59,235 nucleotides of DNA, taken from contig JBIIQP010000001.1 of NCBI GenBank assembly GCA_044341975.1, positions 1 to 59,235 of the forward strand, in the 5' to 3' direction. The notes under the pieces were generated by a model, which worked only from the letters and a program-made list of their open reading frames with translations, was not told the origin of the DNA and made no database searches. This document shows positions 39,960-47,476 of the stretch, in pieces. The position numbers and the translations under genes were made by a program. The stretch's first letter is position 1. The number at the start of each line of letters is the position of its first letter. The stretch is from Crocinitomicaceae bacterium. Its GTDB lineage: Bacteria; Bacteroidota; Bacteroidia; Flavobacteriales_D; Crocinitomicaceae.

Positions 39960-40790
39960 CTATTTGTTTTTATTTTTTCTTTTTTTAGAACTTGTATATA
40001 TTAGACTTTCTAATAAAATCTCCTCCCCCTCTGGGTTCCGAGCAACAAAGCGCTGGGTCTTTCTGTCTGGACCAACTGTTAAGATGTTTAATTCAAATTC
40101 AAATAGCCCATCCGTTGTGACCTGAGCAATTAACACTCTATTAGTTGAAAGCGAATCTGGTCCAACAGCGCCCAAGCCCATGCAAGCCCACGCGCCATTT
40201 TTGGTGTAAAATAAGTTGCCATCCGACTTTTGATTAAAAACTTGCACCGCTGTATCAATTCCGAAGAAGGTGTGATTCGGCATATATTCACTGGCCTTGA
40301 GACCATCTTTTACTGTCAATGGCTCACCCGCTTTTTTATTCGCATTTATTAAAAACTGATTTGGTCGAGGTGTATTTTCTAATGTGTCGTCATCGCTCTT
40401 TAAAATCCCCAAGGAACCTTCTGATGCGGTTCCAACTGACAACCACGAATCGAGCATCAAGGTATTTTTAGAAAGTTTTCTTTTAATAACTGCACTAGCA
40501 ACTGTAGAACCATTCTCTATGTGATTGTAGAAATATGTGTTCGTTTTAAAAAACAACGGGTGCGTTGAGCTACCGTAGGCCATACTAAAACGGTGTCCGG
40601 GAAGGAGGTCTACAAAAACGCGATAAGTAACGGACCCTGGCGCAAGCTTTCCTGTTAAATTCGGCGCTTCGCTGTCTTTTTCGGAGCTGACATAATATTT
40701 CTCAACAATAATGCCCTCCAGCCCATTTGATTGAGCCATTGAAAACAAACTAATCCCACCAAACACAATTGCCGCTAACAACCCTTTCAT
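39960..40790 (-). CDS. Sorting-domain-less paralogue of the same N-terminal module, ending in a polybasic tail
   Basis: 276 aa with a signal peptide. It contains 'GIIVEKYYVSSE...VTYRVFVDLLPGH...DSWLSVG...AQVTTDGLFEFELN' and terminates 'LIYTSSKKRKNKNK' at the point where the paralogues continue into linker and CTD. Confidence 0.7.
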   Translation of the reverse strand: MKGLLAAIVFGGISLFSMAQSNGLEGIIVEKYYVSSEKDSEAPNLTGKLAPGSVTYRVFVDLLPGHRFSMAYGSSTHPLFFKTNTYFYNHIENGSTVASAVIKRKLSKNTLMLDSWLSVGTASEGSLGILKSDDDTLENTPRPNQFLINANKKAGEPLTVKDGLKASEYMPNHTFFGIDTAVQVFNQKSDGNLFYTKNGAWACMGLGAVGPDSLSTNRVLIAQVTTDGLFEFELNILTVGPDRKTQRFVARNPEGEEILLESLIYTSSKKRKNKNK

Positions 40791-41039
40791 ACTTATTCAC
40801 TTTGTGCCTTCAAAAAAGACAATACATTTCAAAGCGCAAGATTATTGAAATCCTTTAAGCAATAAATTAAGCCTGTGTTATAGTTAGATTAAAATTCTAG
40901 CGCTTTAGCCATTAACAGACCCTGATTTTTATTCGAAGCTTCCATAAATTTTCCGCTGTAGTGTATTTGAATCGTCAAAAAACAAACTATACATAGACAT
41001 AAAATGCTATCATTAAATAGATTAAGTGGTAAATCCGCG

Positions 41040-41070
41040 CTCTTAACAGAGCATTAAAAATCTCTTAACA
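41040..41070 (+). promoter_or_regulatory. Two CTCTTAACA direct repeats, 22 bp apart, upstream of the choice-of-anchor-I gene
   Basis: Exact 9-mers at 41040-41048 and 41062-41070, 55 nt upstream of the ATG at 41125. They share the TTAACA core with the array at 48749-48990. Confidence 0.4.
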
Positions 41071-41124
41071 ATTGCTAAACCTTGGGTTCAAATGGTTTGG
41101 CGACATTCGTCAAAAATTTAAAAA

Positions 41125-44100
41125 ATGAAGAAAAGTTTATTTTTAATACCATTTTTAGCAGTGGGATTTCTATCCCATGCTCAATCTACAATTGCCTATT
41201 GGGATTTTAATTCTACAAGCAATGATGCCACCACCTCAACAGGCGAATTAACTCCGGCAATTGGATCTGGAATATTCTCGCCCATAGGTGGAATTAATCA
41301 AACGTATGCAACGGGCTATTTGGCAGACCCCAACACGACTGACAACTCCGGATGTCAAACAAATGGTTATCCTTCCACTGGCACAAACGCTCAAACGGCT
41401 GGTATAGAATTGGGTATCTCCACTGTTGGTTATTCGAAAGTGGCAATTGATTTTTGGCAACGCCTAAGCAATACAGCTGCCAATACGTGGGTGCTGCAAT
41501 ATACTTTAGACAACACGGGAGCATCTACTGGAGGAACCGTTTTGTGGACAAATGCAACAACTTATTCTTTTACTCCCGCAGCGACTGGAACAGGTGACAC
41601 TTGGTATTTCCGAACTTATGATTTTGCAACTGTAACTGGGCTTGGCAATAACGCAACAGCAGGATTTAGAATAGTATCTGATTTTGACCCAATAGCGGGA
41701 AATTATGTAGCTGCGACATTTGGCGCTTCGTACAGCACAGCTGGAACTTCGAGGTTTGATTTGGTTCGACTACGCGAATCGTATGGCAGTGCATCAATAA
41801 TTGCAGCCAACAATTACCAAGCTATATCCGAAAATGCCGGGACAATAAACGTTCCTGTTACTTATGCAAACGCAAACAATGCGCCTGCAAAATTGGTTGT
41901 TTCAGTTTCATCTTATTCTTCTGCTACCAGCGGAAGCGACTTCAACTGGACAAATGATACATTAACAATTCCTGCTTTGACTAATGGAATTACAAATTTT
42001 CCGATAAACATTATTGACGACACTGAGCAGGAACGAACTGAAACGCTCATTGTAAAAATAGGCGCAGCAGTCAACACTAATGTTTCAGCAACTGATTATT
42101 ACCAGCTGATATACATTAAAGACAACGATTATTATGCTCCAATTGCAACAAACGAAGCGAAGTTGAGCTTATTAACGAGCTTTTCAAACGGCGCATCAGG
42201 AACCAATTCTGCAGAAATTGTTGCACACGACCCAACGACCCAACGGTTATACATCGCAAATAGCATTGGTGCAAAATTAGATATTGTTGATTTTTCAAAC
42301 CCCAACGCACCAGTTTTGTTAAATAGCATTTCTGTAACACCCTATGGTAATATCAATTCTGTGACAGTACACGACGGTTTAATTGCTCTTGCTATTGAAA
42401 GTGTGCCCGCCCAAGCAAACGGTTCTGTTGTCTTTTTAGACGGAAACGGAAACTTTCTGAACCAAGTAACAGTTGGTGCAATGCCAGACATGATTACGTT
42501 CAACAAAGATTACACGAAAGTATTAACTGCAAATGAAGGAGAGCCCTCTGCTGCATATTCTACATTAGCTAGTAATAACATCGACCCATTGATTGACCCG
42601 CTTGGATCAGTTTCAATAATTGACTTGAGCGCTGGTGTTCCTGCTCTCACAAACAGTAATGTCACAACGCTTGATTTTACGGCATACAATGGTCAAGAAA
42701 CATCTTTAAAAAATCAAGGGATTCGAATTTTCTCTTCGGCAGCATCTGTCGCTCAAGATATGGAACCAGAATACATCACTATTTCTGAAGATAACTCAAA
42801 AGCTTACGTTTCTATTCAAGAAAACAACGCATTATTGGTAATTGACTTAGCAACACAATCCATTGATACACTTTATCCGCTTGGTTATGCTGACTATTCA
42901 AACAATAATGGAATGGACGCATCTGACCAAACAACAGGTCAAATTCTAATTTCTTCCGTTCCTGCGAAAGGCGCATACATGCCAGATGCTATCGCCTCTT
43001 CTTCCATCAATGGAACGAATTATGTGTTCTCTGCAAATGAAGGCGATTCTCGAGAGTTTGGAGCTGTTATCGATGCAGCACGCATCAACTCATTAACACT
43101 TGATGCAACTCAATTTCCAAATCAGGAAATCATCAAAAACAACAAGTATCTTGGGCGATTAAGTGCACTTAAGTACTCTGGTGACACAGACAATGACGGT
43201 GACCTTGATGAATTACACACAATGGGAGGACGATCTTTCTCTGTGTGGAATGCAGAAACAGGTGAGTTGGTATATGACTCAAAAGACCTTATCGAACGCA
43301 TTATTTCACAAAACCCTTCTTTTGCTGCAATTTTCAACGCTAGCAATTCAACAGGTACACCCGCTTTAAAAAACAGAAGTGACGATAAAGGTCCAGAACC
43401 TGAAGGAGTTGCAACAGCATTTTTTAATAATACAAACTATTTATTCGTTTCTCTTGAGCGAATTGGTGGATCGATGATCTTTAATGTGAACGACCCTGCA
43501 AATCCGATCTATGTTGGCTACTCAAATAATCGCTCAACAACATCATCTGGTCCTGATCTTGGTGCAGAAGGTATTATTTTCATTTCAGAAGAGAATTCTC
43601 CAAACGGAGAAGCAATGTTAATTCTTGCTAACGAGGTGAGCAGCACTCTTTCCATTTTCCAATTCAATACTTGTTCTGAGTTAGCAAAAACAGAAATCAG
43701 TGCAATAGACAGTGTTTTGTGTGAAGGAGAAAATACGACCATCAGCTTTGAAGGAACCTCTGGAAGCTCTTGGCAATGGTTATTAAACGGCGCGCCTATT
43801 TCTGGTGAAACAACGAATACTTTCAACGCATCCAATGCAGGTTTATATGCGATTTATGTTCAAAGTGACGTATATGCTTGCCGCGACACATCATCAACGC
43901 TTGAACTTACAGTAAACTCCCTTCCAACTGTCATTGCAAACGCAACAGACAACTCACTATGTGAAGGCGAAGAGTTAACACTCTCTGCAACTGGAGCAAC
44001 TACTTATTCATGGGGTTCTGGCGTCGTAAGCAATACCGCCTTCATTCCTGAATCTTCTGCATTATACACTGTAATAGGAACAGATCTTAATGGATGCTCG

Positions 44101-44814
44101 AACAGCGGCGATATTTTTGTAAGCGTGAATGCACTTCCTACAGTTACAGCCAACGTTACTGATTCTGAAATCTGTGAAGGACAAAACATCGTGTTTTATG
44201 GTTCAGGGGCACAATCTTACAACTGGTCAAATGGAATTCAAAATGGACTTTCATCAGCTCCAACGACATCTTCAACGTATATCGTGACAGGCATTGACAT
44301 TAATGGCTGCCAAGACACTGCGTCTGTGGAGGTGACAGTATTCGAAACGCCGATTGTTTTCTTAGGAAATGACACGACCATTTGCGCTTATAACACTCCG
44401 CTTACCCTAACCGCAACTCCGGGTTATGCTTCTTACAGCTGGAATTTTGGTGGAACAACAGCGTCTTTTGACGTGACTCAAACTGGTTCATACCTCGTAC
44501 AAGTAAGCTCTGCCGAAGGTTGTGTTTCAACTGATGAAATTTTTGTAACCGTTGACCCATGCCTAGGTATTGGTGAATTTGATAACACTGTTTCTATTTA
44601 TCCAAATCCTGCAGCTGAAAAAGTAAGCATCGAACTTTATAACGGTGCTGAATTTAGTGCATATCTGATGGATGAAACAGGACGAATTATTGAATACGGG
44701 GTTGCTAAAGGAAATCAATTAGATTTTAACCTTTCTCGCCTTGCGAATGGTATTTATTCTATCACTGTTTTAACAGGAGAAAATACCATTACCAAAAAGA
44801 TTGTGAAGCAATAG
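41125..44814 (+). CDS. Choice-of-anchor-I-type beta-propeller protein with a Calx-beta-like domain, Ig-like repeats and a T9SS type-A sorting domain (possible surface phosphoesterase)
   Basis: 1229 aa. The Calx-beta-like segment is 'SENAGTINVPVTY...TETLIVKI'. The propeller segment has 'AEIVAHDPTTQRLYIANS', 'PDMITFNKDYTKVLTANEGEPS', 'MEPEYITISEDNSKAYVSIQENNALLVIDL', 'SANEGDSRE' and 'GPEPEGV'. The CTD reads 'SIYPNPAAEKVSIE...GIYSITVLT'. Confidence 0.65.
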   Translation: MKKSLFLIPFLAVGFLSHAQSTIAYWDFNSTSNDATTSTGELTPAIGSGIFSPIGGINQTYATGYLADPNTTDNSGCQTNGYPSTGTNAQTAGIELGISTVGYSKVAIDFWQRLSNTAANTWVLQYTLDNTGASTGGTVLWTNATTYSFTPAATGTGDTWYFRTYDFATVTGLGNNATAGFRIVSDFDPIAGNYVAATFGASYSTAGTSRFDLVRLRESYGSASIIAANNYQAISENAGTINVPVTYANANNAPAKLVVSVSSYSSATSGSDFNWTNDTLTIPALTNGITNFPINIIDDTEQERTETLIVKIGAAVNTNVSATDYYQLIYIKDNDYYAPIATNEAKLSLLTSFSNGASGTNSAEIVAHDPTTQRLYIANSIGAKLDIVDFSNPNAPVLLNSISVTPYGNINSVTVHDGLIALAIESVPAQANGSVVFLDGNGNFLNQVTVGAMPDMITFNKDYTKVLTANEGEPSAAYSTLASNNIDPLIDPLGSVSIIDLSAGVPALTNSNVTTLDFTAYNGQETSLKNQGIRIFSSAASVAQDMEPEYITISEDNSKAYVSIQENNALLVIDLATQSIDTLYPLGYADYSNNNGMDASDQTTGQILISSVPAKGAYMPDAIASSSINGTNYVFSANEGDSREFGAVIDAARINSLTLDATQFPNQEIIKNNKYLGRLSALKYSGDTDNDGDLDELHTMGGRSFSVWNAETGELVYDSKDLIERIISQNPSFAAIFNASNSTGTPALKNRSDDKGPEPEGVATAFFNNTNYLFVSLERIGGSMIFNVNDPANPIYVGYSNNRSTTSSGPDLGAEGIIFISEENSPNGEAMLILANEVSSTLSIFQFNTCSELAKTEISAIDSVLCEGENTTISFEGTSGSSWQWLLNGAPISGETTNTFNASNAGLYAIYVQSDVYACRDTSSTLELTVNSLPTVIANATDNSLCEGEELTLSATGATTYSWGSGVVSNTAFIPESSALYTVIGTDLNGCSNSGDIFVSVNALPTVTANVTDSEICEGQNIVFYGSGAQSYNWSNGIQNGLSSAPTTSSTYIVTGIDINGCQDTASVEVTVFETPIVFLGNDTTICAYNTPLTLTATPGYASYSWNFGGTTASFDVTQTGSYLVQVSSAEGCVSTDEIFVTVDPCLGIGEFDNTVSIYPNPAAEKVSIELYNGAEFSAYLMDETGRIIEYGVAKGNQLDFNLSRLANGIYSITVLTGENTITKKIVKQ

Positions 44815-44838
44815 TCACGTTTTTTGAAAGTTTACTAG

Positions 44839-44866
44839 AAGGGCTGTTTTTCAACAGCCCTTTTTT
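44839..44866. terminator. Bidirectional rho-independent terminator between convergent genes
   Basis: Stem AAGGGCTGTT/AACAGCCCTT with loop TTTC, flanked by a T-run (44861-44866) on the plus strand and an A-rich tract upstream. It lies between the stops at 44814 and 44871. Confidence 0.75.
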
Positions 44867-44870
44867 ATTG

Positions 44871-46238
44871 TTACTTCCCGATACAGAACTTACTAAAGAT
44901 GTTGCCCAGCAAATCATCCGTTGAGATATCGCCGGTAATTGAACCGAGATCATACATGGCTTGACGGATATCCATTGCAATAAAATCTGCGGTAACGTTT
45001 TCTTGTAAGTCGCGTTGGGCTTTTTCAAGCGAAAAAATAGTGCGTTGCAAAGCATCATAGTGGCGTACATTGCTTACGATTGTTTCATCGGCCATGTTGA
45101 AATCACCAATAACACTTTCTACAAGTCGCATCTTAAGCAGGTCGATGCCTGTTCCTAGTTTCGCACTTATGTATAATACGTCGCTATCATTGTTCGTGTC
45201 TCCGAGATCTGCTTTATTCGCAATAAGGAAAACTTTTTTGTCTGGATGCGACGCTTGAATTGTTTTGGACCAGTCTTTCACTTTGGCCAAATTTTCGGGA
45301 TGCGTGGCCTCTCCCATACAAAGCACCACCTTCGCCTGACGGATTTTCTCGCGTGAACGTTCGATTCCCATCGCCTCAATTTCCTCTGCGCCTTCGCGTA
45401 TTCCCGCAGTATCAATCAAACGGAAAAGGATGCCGTCAATGTTAAGCGTCTCCTCTATTACATCACGCGTGGTTCCTGCGATGTTACTGACAATCGCCCG
45501 TTCCTCTCCCAATAATTGATTCAAAAGTGTGCTTTTACCCGTATTTGGAGCTCCAACGATTGCAACTGGGACACCATTCTTGATGGCATTACCCAGTTCA
45601 AAAGAACGCGAAAGGCGATTCAGATAAAGGATCACCTCATCAACAAGTATGCGTAGCTCCGTTCGATCGGCAAATTCAACATCCTCTTCAGCAAAATCGA
45701 GTTCCAATTCCACTAGGGAAGCAAAATGAATGAGTTTTTCACGCAAATCTTTTAGTTCGTTCGAAAAGCCACCCCGCAACTGTTTAAGTGCAATGTCGTG
45801 CGCGTTTTTGGATTGTGAAGCGATAAGATCTGCAACCGCTTCGGCTTGGGAAAGGTCCATTTTACCATTCAAAAAGGCACGCATTGTGAACTCCCCAGGA
45901 TCTGCTAAACGACAGCCACATGTTAACAAGGTCTGGATGATTTGTTGCTGAATATAAGGAGATGCGTGACAAGAAATCTCAACGGAAGCTTCGCCGGTAA
46001 AACTTTTTCCTTCGTGAAAAACTGAAACTAGCACTTCATCAATTAAGACTCCTTCTTTTGATGTAAAATTTCCAAAATGAAGCGTATGAGTAGTGGCATT
46101 TTCCAAGTTCTTAGCGAAGCAATCCTTCATTAATTCAAGGGCTCTTGGTCCAGAAATTCGAATCAAAGCGATTGCGCCTATTCCATTGGCAGACGCGAGA
46201 GCGCAGATTGTGTCTTGGTGGACTCCGTTTTGATTCAT
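44871..46238 (-). CDS. mnmE: tRNA uridine-5-carboxymethylaminomethyl modification GTPase MnmE
   Basis: 455 aa. The N-terminal segment is 'DTICALASANGIGAIALIRISGP'. G-domain motifs are 'GAPNTGKSTLLN', 'DTAGIR' and 'NKADL'. The C-terminal motif is the invariant 'CIGK'. Confidence 0.95.
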   Translation of the reverse strand: MNQNGVHQDTICALASANGIGAIALIRISGPRALELMKDCFAKNLENATTHTLHFGNFTSKEGVLIDEVLVSVFHEGKSFTGEASVEISCHASPYIQQQIIQTLLTCGCRLADPGEFTMRAFLNGKMDLSQAEAVADLIASQSKNAHDIALKQLRGGFSNELKDLREKLIHFASLVELELDFAEEDVEFADRTELRILVDEVILYLNRLSRSFELGNAIKNGVPVAIVGAPNTGKSTLLNQLLGEERAIVSNIAGTTRDVIEETLNIDGILFRLIDTAGIREGAEEIEAMGIERSREKIRQAKVVLCMGEATHPENLAKVKDWSKTIQASHPDKKVFLIANKADLGDTNNDSDVLYISAKLGTGIDLLKMRLVESVIGDFNMADETIVSNVRHYDALQRTIFSLEKAQRDLQENVTADFIAMDIRQAMYDLGSITGDISTDDLLGNIFSKFCIGK

Positions 46239-46254
46239 TGTGTAAAAATAGTGC

Positions 46255-46319
46255 TTTTCAGTTTTAGCATAAGGTTCAAGCTGATGTTAAGTTCATACCA
46301 ATGCGAGTTTTCAGTTTTA
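46255..46319 (+). repeat. Exact 12-bp direct repeat TTTTCAGTTTTA (x2) in the mnmE/DUF47 divergent intergenic region
   Basis: Copies at 46255-46266 and 46308-46319, 53 bp start-to-start. Confidence 0.6.
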
Positions 46320-46397
46320 TTATGGTTTCATTAAGTCTTTGTGAAATGGCTGAATTGCTTCAAAACTAGTTGTATTCTTGTCAAAAGAATCAAAACA

Positions 46398-47042
46398 ATG
46401 GCGAAATCGATACTACAGTTTTTAATTCCGCGCAACAATTCCTTATTGGGTTTTTTGAACGAAGAATGTGATAATTTGCATTCCATGTCACTCTTGTTAC
46501 ATGCGTTTAGTCGCGAAGAAATTGCAGCGAAAAAACACGAATACGTATCGAAGATAACCCATATTCACAATGAAAACCAGCAATTGAACCGCAAGTTGTT
46601 TCAGCAATTGAGTGATAACCTCATCTTACCTTTTGATCGGGAAGACGTGTTTAACGTTGCTACCAATTTGAAATCCTTATCTGCCAAATTAGGTTCACTC
46701 GGAAGACATTGTGAACTTTATAATTGTGGCCCTCACACGATTGGTTTGGAACATCACATTGAACTTTTAGAAAAATCACTCGAAACCATTGCAAAAATTA
46801 TAAGTCTCCTAGATAACTTAAAAAAGAGAAAAGAAATCATAGAGCTAACGCTCGACTTACAAGAGTTCTGTAAAAAAATTGACCTCTTGTGCGACACGGA
46901 TTTACTGCAAACATTCGAAACAACCGATGATGTACGCGTGATTCTAATCAACTTCGAAACATATGAGTTTTTTGCAAGCATAAGCAAAAAAATGCGGAAT
47001 CTAAATCTTCTTGCTGAGGGGGTTTTAGTGAAATACAGTTAG
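46398..47042 (+). CDS. DUF47 (PhoU-like, YkaA/PitR-type) protein with no adjacent transporter
   Basis: The ORF track begins at a GTG at 46341. The ATG at 46398 gives 'MAKSILQFLIPRNN...', which aligns with the N-terminus of the second DUF47 protein ('MATGILKFFLPKDR...'). Both share 'LPFDREDV' / 'TPFDREDI'. Confidence 0.7.
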   Translation: MAKSILQFLIPRNNSLLGFLNEECDNLHSMSLLLHAFSREEIAAKKHEYVSKITHIHNENQQLNRKLFQQLSDNLILPFDREDVFNVATNLKSLSAKLGSLGRHCELYNCGPHTIGLEHHIELLEKSLETIAKIISLLDNLKKRKEIIELTLDLQEFCKKIDLLCDTDLLQTFETTDDVRVILINFETYEFFASISKKMRNLNLLAEGVLVKYS

Positions 47043-47136
47043 ACCCATCAATATTTTTTTATATTTGTTTAATTGTTATCACCACCGTTGGTAGGTTTTA
47101 ACCACCAAAGAAAAAAGCACTTAAACTCTATTTTTT

Positions 47137-47448
47137 ATGAAAAAGATCTTTTACGTCGCCCTTTTTGCTCTCCTAGCGTCTTGTTCTATAATGAAAAAAT
47201 ATCCAACAGCTGGTTTTTCGATTGATGGGAATATCGTCTCTTATAAAAACACCCCTATGGCCGAACTCGTAGGCATCGAGTTCGCATTGGATGATAATAA
47301 GTTTGTGCGTGAATTAACATTCAAAGTTTTGCCTGGATCGGATAATAGCGTGATCAATAATCTAATTGTTTTTCTTCACGAAAAGCACCCAGACTACGAG
47401 ATCGAGGTAAATATTGAAATCGAACAGTACGGCGACCCGAATAAATAA
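47137..47448 (+). CDS. Small hypothetical lipoprotein
   Basis: 103 aa with lipobox 'LLASCS'. No recognisable domain. Confidence 0.5.
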   Translation: MKKIFYVALFALLASCSIMKKYPTAGFSIDGNIVSYKNTPMAELVGIEFALDDNKFVRELTFKVLPGSDNSVINNLIVFLHEKHPDYEIEVNIEIEQYGDPNK

Positions 47449-47476
47449 AGGACAGATATCCTGCCCTTTATTTTAT

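Noticed and set aside
22068-40790. Considered whether the surface-protein block is a mobile genomic island.
   Set aside because: There is no integrase, transposase, tRNA attachment site or flanking long direct repeat, and the block is bordered by ordinary chromosomal genes.
46341-46397. Long N-terminal extensions in the ORF track for the DUF47 gene at 46341 (a GTG start). The same issue applies to the DUF47 gene at 48976 and to tadA at 53545.
   Set aside because: Internal ATGs at 46398, 49048 and 53467 give family-typical N-termini. For 49048 and 53467 they also lie just downstream of TAnnTTTG promoter boxes that would otherwise fall inside the coding region.
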